64,000 nt of DNA from NCBI GenBank assembly GCA_964016885.1, contig OZ024765.1, positions 12,958,001 through 13,022,000 of the forward strand, read 5' to 3'. Of this stretch, positions 13,733 to 27,356 are shown in pieces (position 1 is the first letter of the stretch; the number at the start of each line of letters is the position of its first letter). The position numbers and the translations under genes are program-made. The notes beneath the pieces were generated by a model. It was given only the letters and a program-made list of their open reading frames with translations. It searched no databases and was not told where the DNA came from. The DNA is from Eledone cirrhosa. Taxonomy: Eukaryota.

Positions 13733-13955
13733 GAGAGGGTCGTGGGGACAGACTCCCCAAACCCTCCTTCCAGCAGGTCCTGTCAGAAGCAACCACGTCC
13801 AATTGATCCAGCTGGATCCCCAAGCACTACCAGCCAAGCTCATGGATGTTATCCAACCATCTTGCTCAGGGTCTACCCCTGGGTCTCCTGCCAGTTGGCT
13901 TTGCCAGTAAAATCTGTCCTGCGATTCTTTCCTGAGACATTCTAACCACATGTCC
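13733..13955 (-). mobile_element. RTE (Expander/Rex3-like) 3' fragment
   Basis: Minus frame GHVVRMSQERIAGQILLAKPTGRRPRGRPRARWLDNI*...DRTCWKEGLGSLSPRP with an internal stop. Confidence 0.75.
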
Positions 13956-14088
13956 AAGAAAATTTTAGAATATGCACACCTTAGTCTTGCATATTGTAAG
14001 AAGCAACTGACAGATTTGGTATCAGGAAGAACATCTACCTGTACAACACTGCCTTAAAAACTCCCAGGAAATACACAATTTCCATTTA

Positions 14089-14288
14089 TGAGGGTGGGCT
14101 GAAAAATTCGTAGGCAAACTATGGAGGAGTGATGCTAGGGCTATGAAATCTTGCATGCATTCATTTCAATTCTTCTTATTAATAACTGCATTTTGTTTCC
14201 TTCCAGGAACTATGTTGAAAAATAAACCTCATTTGGTCATTCCATGAGAGTATCTTGGTCAGCCAATAAACTCTTCAGCCAACTCTCA
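14089..14288 (+). mobile_element. Mariner-derived MITE
   Basis: TA-flanked TIRs TGAGGGTGGGCTGAAAAATT / AACTCTTCAGCCAACTCTCA. Confidence 0.65.
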
Positions 14289-14613
14289 TACATAGATCTT
14301 TGAGGTACCTACCCCAAATACTGTTTCAATATTTGATATTGTCTGAGTCTTAGAAAAATGTGTTATGGCTATTTTTAACATTTTATGAGTGTTTTAAGTC
14401 TTTTAACAATCATTTTGTGGACTTACTACACAAATATATATATATATATATGGTATTAGGATGGGTGCTCTGAAATAGCGATGTATACATGAATGTATGT
14501 ATAGTATATTAGGGAATATACCGTATGTTTAATTAAAAACATTTAGAAGACCTTACGCTATCAGTTTTAAAGTAGTGACTATGTCACTTACTTCATTTTG
14601 GTGAAAGAAGGGA

Positions 14614-14663
14614 GAGAAGCTGACACTCTGTTTCATGCTGGTTGGTGTTCATCAGAGCCACTC
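14614..14663 (-). ncRNA. Type I hammerhead ribozyme, tandem copy 1 (stem II eroded)
   Basis: Minus strand GAGTGGCT CTGATGA ACACCAACCAGCAT GAAA CA GAG TG TC AGCTTCTC: intact core, GUC triplet, stem I 7 of 8 paired. Confidence 0.75.
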
Positions 14664-14916
14664 ACTCCCCTGTTTTCGCTGAAAATTATAGAAGCTGGAT
14701 TCTTATAGAATTCCAGTAATAATCAGGAGCTGATTGCCGGTCCAGCAAAAATTAGGTATTAGGATTGGTGCTCTGAAATAGCGATGTATACATGAATGTA
14801 TGTATAGTATATTTGGCAATATACCGTATGTTTAATTAAAAACATTTAGAAGACCATACGATATCAGTTTTAAAGTAGTGACTATGTCACTTACTTCATT
14901 TTGGTGAAAGAAAGGA

Positions 14917-14966
14917 GAGAAGCTGACAGTCTGTTTCACGCTGGTTGGCGTTCATCACAGCCACGC
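14917..14966 (-). ncRNA. Type I hammerhead ribozyme, tandem copy 2 (C3G core change)
   Basis: Minus strand GCGTGGCT GTGATGA ACGC CAACCA GCGT GAAA CA GAC TG TC AGCTTCTC: perfect stem II, 303 nt from copy 1. Confidence 0.7.
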
Positions 14967-14982
14967 ACTCCCGTGCTTGGGA

Positions 14983-15500
14983 TGCAGGGATTAACTGCAC
15001 ATGCAGGGATCAACTACACAACCAAGGGTCAAATAGACAAGCAGAGATCAACTGTACAAGAAGGGATTAACTGTTCAAGCAGTGATAGCTACACAAGCAG
15101 GGATCAACTGTGCCAACAGTGATCAACTGTGCAAGCAGTGATCAATTACACAAGCAGGGATCAACTGTACAAGCAGTGATCAGCTACACAAGCAGTGATC
15201 AGCTACACAAGCAGTGATCAGCTACACAAGCAGGAATCAACTGTACCAGCAGTGATCAACTGTGCAAGCAGTGATCAATTACACAAGCAGGGATCAACTG
15301 TACAAGCAGTGATCAGCTACACAAACAGGGATCAACTGTACAAGCAGGGATCAACTGTGTGGTATAGTAAGGACCAACTACATAAGCAGAGATCAACTAC
15401 ACGAGCTGGGATCAACTGTACAAGCAGGGATCAATTACACAAGCAGGGATCAACTGTAGAAACAAGGATCAACAACATAAGCTGGGATCAACTGTGTGGT
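14983..15500. repeat. 19-bp minisatellite
   Basis: Unit GCAG(G/T)GATCAACT(G/A)(T/C)ACAA. Confidence 0.9.
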
Positions 15501-15752
15501 ATAATAACCACTGTAGAATATTCTCAGTATTATCATACATATATTATATTACCAACTATCCACAGTTGACTAATACCTAAAATAAACTATACAACCATTA
15601 GTTGATAAAACTGCCATCTCATAGTATATGTAGTATTAGACACAAAACGTTGACTTACTGCACAAAATTAGATTTAGAACTGTAGAAAATTAAATTTAGA
15701 ACTACACAAACAGGAGTCAAAAGCACTTTAAAATATTCACTAATATATATTG

Positions 15753-15789
<37 letters not shown>

Positions 15790-16450
15790 CACATATATAT
15801 GTGTACATATTATGTATAAGTGCATGAAGTATTTGACACAAAATGTGAACTTACTGCACAAAATTAGATTTAGCTGACCCCAAGCCAGGGTTAGCTGCAC
15901 ATTAAGATAATCAAAAACATACACTCATGCGCACACACATATTTGTATAGATGTACATATATATTTATACATGAATATATTTGTGTATAAATCAGGGATC
16001 ATTTAAAGGAAATTTTAGAATGGCACAAAATTAGATTTAGAATTACACAAGCAAGATTCAACTGCACAAGTATGGTTCAACTACATATGCAGGGTTCAAA
16101 GGCATAAGTAAAGTTCAAGTACATATGCATGGTCCACTGTTTGTTAAAATAATCATTGTTCTGAAGATCTGAAAAGGGTCATGGGTACTACATTTCCCTC
16201 ACTGAGTAGATAATAAAAACAAATTTAATTCAATAAAAATAAATGCCAAAAATCCCAGCTATTTCCTCTCTTTATTTGTTCATGGTAACAGGATTGACAC
16301 TCAGTAAGTACCGATATTAATACAATTGACTAGACCATTGAAAAGTGGTGGAACAGCATAGTCATGGTACAATGACTGGAACTAATACATGGATAATAGA
16401 ATATAAAGGACTGTATATATCATTGTTTAATGTCCATTTTCCATATTTGC

Positions 16451-16507
<57 letters not shown>

Positions 16508-16716
16508 ATAATAAATTTGAAGACTAAAATCCAAAGAGGGCTCGATAAGGATAAATATACATCAAGTATATAAGAACCGTAGAGCAAATATTTATTAAAA
16601 TAACAGATTAGAGTTAAATCTGTTATTTTAATAAATATTTGCTCTAGGGTTCTTATATATTTAATATATTCTTTTAAGGGTATGTCAATATTTGTTTATA
16701 AAACTGATCTATATTA

Positions 16717-16781
16717 TATTTTATCTGATGAAAGCGCACCATAATTTGCTTTGGTGTCCTTGAAATATGTATAATGAAATA
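16717..16781 (+). ncRNA. Type I hammerhead ribozyme (minimal stem III)
   Basis: TATTTTAT CTGATGA AAG C GCACCA TAATTTGCTT TGGTGT C CTT GAAA TATGTATA ATGAAATA. Confidence 0.8.
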
Positions 16782-16913
16782 AATATGGTTTTATAAATAT
16801 AGTTTCCATTTATTAATATATCGTATTTTTACTCCAAAAATTTGTTGAGTGCTTTATATCAGTTATAAAATATTTGCTTGTTGTATCCCAACAATTTAAA
16901 TATAACCTCTACA

Positions 16914-16953
<40 letters not shown>

Positions 16954-17059
16954 CACATACAGAGAGAGAGAAAGGAAGAGATAGGCATATATTTACTTTA
17001 GGTGCTGTTGTTATTGTTGCTGCTGTGTTGAATCTGATCGGTTGACTAATGATGTGACA

Positions 17060-17165
17060 CCTCACCACACCACCACCGCCACCACCACCACCACCACCAC
17101 CACCACCACCACCACCACGAGACAGTCAACTACCACCACCACCACGAGACAGTCAACCGTGTCTG

Positions 17166-17202
<37 letters not shown>

Positions 17203-20200
17203 GAACAACCGTGACACCTCCATCACCATCACTTATTGCAGATACCACAACAACTACTACTACAACAACAATAATAGCATCATCAACTACAACAACAGTA
17301 GCAACTACAACAACAACAGTAGCAACTACTACAACAACAACAGTAGCAACTACTACAACAACAACAACAATAACAGTAGCCACCACTACTACAACAGTAG
17401 CAACTACAACAACAACAGTAGCAACTACTACAACAACAACAGTAGCAACTACTACAACAACAACAACAATAACAGTAGCCACCACTACTACAACAGTAGC
17501 AACTACAACTACAGCAGTAGCAACTACTACAACAACAACAACAACAACAGTAGCAACAACAACAGTAGTAACAACAACTACTACAACTACAGCAGTAGCA
17601 ACTACAGCAACTACTACAACTACTACAACAACAACAGTAGCAAGAACGGCTGCAGCTGTCATAACAATTGTCATCATTATCATCATTGACTTAAACAACA
17701 TCCTCATCATCACCGCCACCATCAATATCCTCACCACCACCACTACCAACACCACCAACACCAACATCTCCACCACCACCAACAACACCAACAACACCAC
17801 CACCACCAACACCACCACCAACACCACCAACACCAACATCTCCACCACCACCAACACCACCACCACCAACACCACCACCAACAACACCAACAACACCACC
17901 ACCAACACCAACACCAACAACACCAACACCACCACCAACACCACCACCACCACCACCACCACCACCAACACCACCACCACCAACACCAACAACACCAACA
18001 CCACCACCAACACCAACACCACCAACAAACACCAACATCTCCACCACCACCAACTACACCACCCACACCAACACCAACACCACCAACACCACCACCACCC
18101 ACACCATCACCACCACCAACACCCACACCATCACCACCACCACCAACAACATCATCACCACCAACAACAACATCACCACCACCACCACCAACACCATCAC
18201 CACCACCACCAACAACACCATCACCACCACCACCACTAACAACATCACCACCACCACCACCATCACCACCACCACCACTAACAACATCACCACCACCACC
18301 ACCATCACCACCACCACCAACAACACCATCACCACCACCACCACTAACAACATCACCACCACCACCACCATCACCACCACCACCACCAACACCATCACCA
18401 CCACCACCAACAACACCATCACCACCACCACCACTAACAACATCACCACCACCACCACCATCACCACCACCACCACCACCACCAACACCATCACCACCAC
18501 CACCAACAACAACATCACCACCACCACCACCAACACCATCACCACCACCACCAACAACACCATCACCACCACCACCACTAACAACATCACCACCACCACC
18601 ACCATCACCACCACCACCACCACCAACAACATCACCACCACCACCACCACCATCACCACCACCACCAACAACATCACCACTACCACTAACACCACTAACA
18701 ACACCACTAACAACATCACTAACAACATCACTAACACCATCATCACCACCACCAACAACAACATCACTAACACCATCATCACCACCACCAACAACAACAT
18801 CACTAACACCATCATCACCACCACCAACAACAACATCACTAACACCATCATCACCACCACCAACAACAACATCACTAACACCATCATCACCACCACCAAC
18901 AACAACATCACTAACACCATCATCACCACCACCACCAACAACAACATCACTAACACCATCATCACCACCACCAACAACAACATCACTAACACCATCATCA
19001 CCACCACCAACAACAACATCACTAACACCATCATCACCACCACCAACACCATCACTAACACCATCATCACCACCACCAACACCATCACTAACACCATCAT
19101 CACCACCACCAACAACAACATCACTAACACCATCATCACCAGCACCAACAACATCACTAACACCATCATCACCACCACCAACAACAACATCACTAACACC
19201 ATCATCACCACCACCAACAACAACATCACTAACACCATCATCACCACCACCAACAACATCACTAACACCATCATCACCACCACCAACAACAACATCACTA
19301 ACACCATCATCACCACCACCAACACCATCATCACTAACACCATCACCACCACCAACAACAACATCACTAACACCATCATCACCACCACCAACAACATCAC
19401 TAACACCATCATCACCACCACCAACAACAACATCACTAACACCATCATCACCACCACCAACAACAACATCACTAACACCATCATCACCACCACCAACACC
19501 ATCACTAACACCATCATCACCACCACCAACACCATCATCACTAACACCATCACCACCACCAACAACAACATCACTAACACCATCATCACCACCACCAACA
19601 ACAACATCACTAACACCATCATCACCACCACCAACACCATCATCACTAACACCATCATCACCACCACCAACAACAACATCACTAACACCATCACCACCAC
19701 CACCAACAACAACATCACTAACACCATCATCACCACCACCAACACCATCATCACTAACACCATCATCACCACCACCAACACCATCATCACTAACACCATC
19801 ATCACCACCACCAACACCATCATCACTAACACCATCATCACCACCACGAACAACAACATCACTAACACCATCACCACCACCACCAACAACAACATCACTA
19901 ACACCATCATCACCACCACCAACACCATCATCACTAACACCATCATCACCACCACCAACACCATCATCACTGACACCATCATCACCACCACCAACAACAA
20001 CATCACTAACACCATCACCACCACCACCAACAACAACATCACTAACACCATCATCACCACCACCAACACCATCATCACTAACACCATCATCACCACCACC
20101 AACAACAACATCACTAACACCATCACCACCACCAACAACAACATCACTAACACCATCATCACCACCACCAACAACAACATCACTAACACCATCATCACCA

Positions 20201-21539
20201 CCACCAACAACAACATCACTAACACCATCATCACCACCACCAACAACAACATCACTAACACCATCATCACCACCACCAACAACAACATCACTAACACCAT
20301 CATCACCACCACCAACAACAACATCACTAACACCATCATCACCACCACCAACAACAACATCACTAACACCATCATCACCACCACCAACAACAACATCACT
20401 AACACCATCATCACCACCACCAACAACAACATCACTAACACCATCATCACCACCACCAACAACAACATCACTAACACCATCATCACCACCACCAACAACA
20501 ACATCACTAACACCATCATCACCACCACCAACACCATCATCACTAACACCATCATCACCACCACCAACAACAACATCACTAACACCATCATCACCACCAC
20601 CAACACCATCATCACTAACACCATCATCACCACCACCAACAACAACATCACTAACACCATCATCACCACCACCAACACCATCATCACTAACACCATCATC
20701 ACCACCACCAACAACAACATCACTAACACCATCATCACCACCACCAACAACAACATCACTAACACCATCATCACCACCACCAACACCAACATCACTAACA
20801 CCATCATCACCACCACCAACAACAACATCACTAACACCATCATCACCACCACCAACAACAACATCACTAACACCATCATCACCACCACCAACAACAACAT
20901 CACTAACACCATCATCACCACCACCAACAACAACATCACTAACACCATCATCACCACCACCAACAACATCACTAACACCATCATCACCACCACCAACAAC
21001 AACATCACTAACACCATCATCACCACCACCAACAACAACATCACTAACACCATCATCACCACCACCAACAACAACATCACTAACACCATCATCACCACCA
21101 CCAACACCATCATCACTAACACCATCATCACCACCAACAACATCACTAACACCATCATCACCACCACCAACACCATCACCACTACCACCAACACCACTAA
21201 CAACATCACTAACACCACTAACAACACCATCACCCACACCACTATCAAAAACACTAACACCACCACCACCACCACCACCACATATACCACTACCCCTACT
21301 ACTGCTGCCGCTGATGTCACTACTGCTGCAATTGATGTTGTTGTTGTTGCAATAGTTATTACTTCGTACGGACAGCTACATCAGAGACGGCAGAGACAAC
21401 AACAAGAATACCACCACCACCACTACCACCACTACTACTACCACTACCACCACACCTACCACCACCACCACTACTACTACTATTGTAAAAACAAGGATAT
21501 TTAACCACCACCACCGTCAGCATCACTTACAATAACAAT

Positions 21540-21574
<35 letters not shown>

Positions 21575-21723
21575 CAGTACTACTACTACCAGTACTACTA
21601 CTACCAACAACAAGGATATTACCACCACCACCACCACCACCACCATCGTCAGCATCACCTATAACAACAACAACAACAGCCACACCAAGATTTTACAACC
21701 ACAATCATCACCCTCATCAACAA

Positions 21724-21767
<44 letters not shown>

Positions 21768-21900
21768 ACATCTGTAAGAACAAGGATATTACAATCATCA
21801 TCATTATCATCATCAACAACAACAACAACCACGCCAAGATATTACGACCATAATCATCATCATCATCATCAGCAACTATAACACTAACCAACATCATTGT
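17060..21900. repeat. ACC/AAC/ATC/ACT triplet-derived array with a 36-bp higher-order repeat (about 18710-21170)
   Basis: Unit ATCACTAACACCATCATCACCACCACCAACAACAAC, roughly 65-70 copies. It produces the spurious 1164-aa and 1088-aa ORFs. Confidence 0.95.
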
Positions 21901-22214
21901 CAATCCAAAACACTTAGTTTCTACCTCTCTCTCTCTCGGTTCGTCTGTCTGTCTGTCTGTCTGATTGGTTATCTATCTACCTCTCTACCCCCCTCTCTCT
22001 ATATCTACCTCTCTCCCCTCTCTAAGTGCCTATCTACCTACCTACATATCCATCTGTTTGTCTGCCAGTCTGTTTATCTATCTATTTATCTATCTATCTA
22101 CCCCCTCTCTCTCTATCTATCTATCTCTCTCTATATTTTTTACACGTTTTTATTGTATGTAATCTTCCCCCTTTGTATTTGTCCCCTTCTTTTGTGCCCC
22201 TGTGGCTAATAAAG

Positions 22215-22297
<83 letters not shown>

Positions 22298-22488
22298 CAC
22301 ACTATATACACGTACATATCTATATATCCATCCATCCATCCAACCATACGCAAACACAAGCAATGATAACGGTGATTATGTTGGTGACGATAATAACGAT
22401 GGTAATCGCAATAATTGTCTTAATTATTACAACTGTTTAATTAAACACACACATATACACACACACATATATATATAACATATACACA

Positions 22489-22534
<46 letters not shown>

Positions 22535-22644
22535 ACCATATACAGCTAGGTAAACAAAAGAGAAAGCACGTTAGCTTTCGAATTACACATAACTATACAA
22601 AAACATAGTTACATACACATTCATACATACACACATATAATATA

Positions 22645-22710
<66 letters not shown>

Positions 22711-23014
22711 GGGTTACAAAGTTACACACGCACACACACATATATATATATATGCACACACACACACACTTAAATACGCACGCATATACACATAGCTATA
22801 TACACATATATATATATACACACTATATCTTTCCATCTCTCTCTCTATTTATATATACATATATATACACACACACACACAGGGTTACAAAGTTACACAC
22901 GCACACACACACACACATATATATATATGCACACACACGCATATACACATAGCTATATACACATATATATATACACACTATATCTTTCCATCTCTCTCTC
23001 TCTATCTATATATA

Positions 23015-23046
<32 letters not shown>

Positions 23047-23527
23047 TTCACACCTACTCCAACACCCCCACACATTCACGTACACACACACATAGCAACA
23101 CCATCACCATCAACACCAACAGCATCAACAGCGATATCTAACGGGCTTAAGTGGTTTGTCTACTGACGGTACTGCTGCTGTTCTTGTTAATTAAAATAAT
23201 TCTGTCTGTCACACATACATACACGCTCTTTCTCTCTCTCTCCTCTATCAATATCGAACGTGTGTGAGCTCTCCTCTATCAATATCGAACGTGTGTGAGT
23301 GTGTATATATAAATAAATATCTTAAATATATACATACATACACAAATTCAACTGGAGGTATCTGTGATATATATATATACATGTTTTACTATGCCTGGGA
23401 TCAAATATTACTTTCTCCTCGTGGTTTACCAAATCTTGGGACATACGGCTAGCATCGGTAAGTACATATCATCTATCATTTATTTCTACTTATTGTATTT
23501 TAATGTATTTTATTTTATATAAATAAA

Positions 23528-23603
23528 ATTATTTCATCTGATGAGCGAACTAGACGTATGTTAATATTGTCTAGAATCCTGAAACCTTTGGTACTGGAGT
23601 AGT
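23528..23603 (+). ncRNA. Degenerate type I hammerhead ribozyme
   Basis: ATTATTTCAT CTGATGA ...CTAGAC...GTCTAG... GAAA CC TTT GG TA CTGGAGTAGT. Stem I is wobble-rich with a proximal mismatch. Confidence 0.55.
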
Positions 23604-23642
23604 TATATTGTGTTGTTTATTTTCTAATTATATATATATATA

Positions 23643-24055
23643 GGGAACAAGTATGACCCCGACGGCAGAGCACAAGCCGTGTCGACGGCTATTTCTGGAC
23701 TAAATTCTGATTTAGTCCAGAAATAGCCGTCGAAACGGCTTGAGCTCTGCCGTCGGGGTCATACTTGTTCCCTTTACCCACTCTACTGCCCTAAGTATTG
23801 AGTACTCTGGTGCGTTATGGTCCATCTGGCTCTTTACCACAATTCCTTCGTTATATATATATATATAACGAAGGAATTGTGGTAAGGAACCAGATGGACC
23901 ATAACCCACCAGAGTACTCAATACTTAGGGTAGTAGAGTGGGTAATAGGAAAATGTTTGACCCCCCCGACGGCAGAGCTCAAGCCGTTTCGACGGCTATT
24001 TCTGGACGAGTCAAAACGGCTTGAGCTCTGCCGTCGGGGTCAAACATTTTCCTAT
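23643..24055. repeat. Nested palindromic element pair around a central (TA)n
   Basis: Hairpin 23643-23773 (about 63-bp arms), large inverted repeat about 23715-23852 versus 23867-24007, and a second fold-back at 23947-24053. Confidence 0.9.
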
Positions 24056-24116
24056 ATATGCCCTGTCAATGTTTGATATGTTTATTTTATATATATATTT
24101 CAATCGACCGTTAATT

Positions 24117-24157
<41 letters not shown>

Positions 24158-24324
24158 CTATATACGGAGTCTAGAAGAGAAAATTTGAAGGTGCACGACC
24201 CCTTTAGGGCCCGAATCAGGCAAAGGTTTTTCTCAAAATTAATGTTACATGGTTGTTGTGGGATTTTCATAGCTCTTGGACCCCGGTATAAAGTACCGGC
24301 TTGAACCCCCTCTCATAGGCCCCC

Positions 24325-24365
<41 letters not shown>

Positions 24366-24402
24366 ATTAAATAAATGGAAACTATATTTATAAAACCATA
24401 TT

Positions 24403-24468
24403 TATTTCATTATATATATTTCGGGGATATCATATTAACAATATGCTATGCCTTCCTCAGGCAAAATA
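24403..24468 (-). ncRNA. Type I hammerhead ribozyme (left arm of palindrome)
   Basis: Minus strand TATTTTGC CTGAGGA AGG C ATAGCATATT GTT AATATGATAT C CCC GAAA TATATATA ATGAAATA. Confidence 0.7.
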
Positions 24469-24512
24469 CAATATAAACAGTTTTATAGATATCTATAAAA
24501 CTGTTTATATTG

Positions 24513-24578
24513 TATTTTGTCTGAGGAAGGCATAGCATATTGTTAATATGATATCCCCGAAATATATATAATGAAATA
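24513..24578 (+). ncRNA. Type I hammerhead ribozyme (right arm of palindrome)
   Basis: TATTTTGT CTGAGGA AGG C ATAGCATATT GTT AATATGATAT C CCC GAAA TATATATA ATGAAATA. Same downstream sequence as the 16717 copy. Confidence 0.75.
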
Positions 24579-24781
24579 AATATGGTTTTATAAATATAGT
24601 TTCCATTTATTTAATATTGTATATATATATATATATAATACAAATGTGAGGAATCAAAACATATCAAATATGTTTGATCTTTCTGCTTCTCAATAAGAAA
24701 CCTCCATAGACTTTGCCCAGAGTTATAATAATTCAAAAGTAAAAGATACATGTATGTATACACATATATCTTACACTATTG

Positions 24782-24837
<56 letters not shown>

Positions 24838-25045
24838 AACTTGTTTTAACGATTTAATATATACTTTTGTTGTCCGTGTTAAGAAAGAATTATTTCATGT
24901 ATTGAATTGAAATTCAGTTTCAAGCAGACGTATTTTTTTCTCGAAATATCTTCTTTTTTTCTTCTATCGATGCGCTGTGGAATTTCTTTTCGAAACTTCA
25001 CACATGTTTGTTTGTGTGTATGTATGTATATATATATATATATAT

Positions 25046-25454
25046 CCGGGAGAGATGACCCCTTAGCCTTTGTCAAGGCAGAATTCTAGGAGAAGGAAAA
25101 CTCTGATATAACACCTGCAACCCTGATGGTATCCAATGATGTTGACTTGTTCTTCTTTTTGGTAAATATCATCTTGGTTAAGAGAGTGGGACTGGCTTTG
25201 TGCAGTGCCTTTGCTCACTATAAAAGCTTCACGGCACAGGCATTGCTTTATATCTGGAGATCTCTCTGCACTTGTCGTCACATGGTACCATGGGCCCAGC
25301 ACTATGTGTCAGTAATTGTCACAAGTGTAGTGTTTGTACCAGAGTTTTCAAGTCGCTGGCTGGACTAAAAAGTCACACTCGTTCAGCGCATCGGTAGGGG
25401 TTCTCCTACATGGATATAAAGTAGTGGCCGTACTCGAAAACGAGTTGGCAGCCA

Positions 25455-25457
<3 letters not shown>
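25046..25457 (+). mobile_element. Short RTE-derived element with C-terminal C2H2 finger remnant
   Basis: Frame ends HKCSVCTRVFKSLAGLKSHTRSAHR*, then a 3' hairpin GTGGCCGTACTCGAAAACGAGTTGGCAGCCAC. The 5' part (CCCCTTAGCCTT...CTAGGAGAAGGAAAACTC) is shared with 63500-63620 (-). Confidence 0.65.
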
Positions 25458-25510
<53 letters not shown>

Positions 25511-25823
25511 ATTATATATATGCCGAGGTTAACTTTACGTTTCATCCTTACGGGATCGATAAAATAAAGTACCAGTAATGCACTGGATAACTCTGGCCTT
25601 GTGCCAAAAGTAGAAACAATTATATATATATATATGTGTATGTGTGTGTATATAAATATGTGTGTGTGTGTGAATATATATATATATGTGTGTGTGTATG
25701 ATATATATATATGTGTGTATATAAATATGTGTGTGTGTATATATATATATATGTATGTATAATTATGTGTATGTGTATATATATGTATATATGTGAATGT
25801 GTATATGCATATACGTGTGTGTG

Positions 25824-25854
<31 letters not shown>

Positions 25855-26119
25855 CTGTGTGTGTATATATGAATGTGTATATATATATATATATGTATGT
25901 GTGTCTATGTATATACATGTATGTATAATTGTATGTATATATATGTGTGTGTGTGTATATATATATACATGTATGTATAATTGTATGTGTATGTATATAT
26001 ATATATTTGTGTATATATATATGTATATATATGTGCATGTATATATATATATATATGTGTGCGCGTGCGTGCGTGTGTGTGTGTATATATATTTGTGTAT
26101 ATATGTATGTGTATACATA

Positions 26120-26150
<31 letters not shown>

Positions 26151-27356
26151 TTGTGTATATGTATGTGTATATATATATGTATGTGTATATATATGTGCGT
26201 GTGTGTGTATATATATATATATATATGTGCGTGTGTATGTATGTATGTACAGTTGAACAGTGAACATAAATAAGACAGGGTTTTGTTTTTAATTATTCTT
26301 ATTATTCTCTTGGTTTTCGATCGTTTCAGAGGGCAAGATGTTATCGATATATTGTCTAATCAATAGAAGTTATGTAACTGCATAGTATTAGTCTTGATAT
26401 AATACAGCCATTCAGACGTTCCTCCCCCAAATCAATGTATACAAACATACATCTACATATATATATATATACATATATAGATACATATATATATACATAC
26501 ATACATACATACATAAATACATATATACATACATAAATACATATATACATACATAAATACATATATACATACATAGATACATATATACATACATAGATAT
26601 ATATATACATGCATAGATACATATATACATGCATAGATACATATATACATACATAGATACATACATATATAGATACATACATACATCTACATATATATAT
26701 ATACATAGATACGACATACGTACGTACATACATCTACATACATACATATATATACATCTACATACATATGTGCATATACATACATACATTTACATACATA
26801 CATAGGTACATCTACATATACACACATATATACAAACACACACATTTGCATACATACATACATCTATATACATACATCTACATACGTACATATATCGACA
26901 TACATACAAACACACATGCTTACATACATACATATACATGCATACATACATTTACATATATACATACATACATCTACAAACATACATACACACACACATA
27001 CATACACACATCTACATACGTACATATACATGCATACATACATCTACATATATACATACATACATCTACATACATACACACACACATATACATACATACA
27101 TCTACATACGTACATATACATGCATACATACATCTACATACATATGTACGTACATACATACATCTACATATGGACGTACATAGATCTACATACATACACA
27201 TATATACTAACACATACATATACACATACATACATACATACATACATATACACATACATACATAAATATACACCTACATACATATACACATACATACATA
27301 CATATACACATACATATACACATACATACATACATACATACATATACACATACATA

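Larger units (their letters stand above)
24360..24621. repeat. About 260-bp near-perfect palindrome between (TA)n tracts
   Basis: Centre GATATC at 24488-24493, arms about 130 bp, one mismatch seen. Confidence 0.95.

Noticed and set aside
12935-13957. Poly-S/F/K/E/R ORFs
   Set aside because: Translations of (TTC)n and (TTG)n.
17153-21320. Very long ORFs (1164 aa, 1088 aa, 342 aa)
   Set aside because: Stop-free only because of triplet-repeat composition. Open in several frames on both strands with no domain signal.
25310-25397. Host C2H2 zinc-finger gene
   Set aside because: A single finger followed by a stop and an RTE-type terminal hairpin, with no TGEKP linkers.
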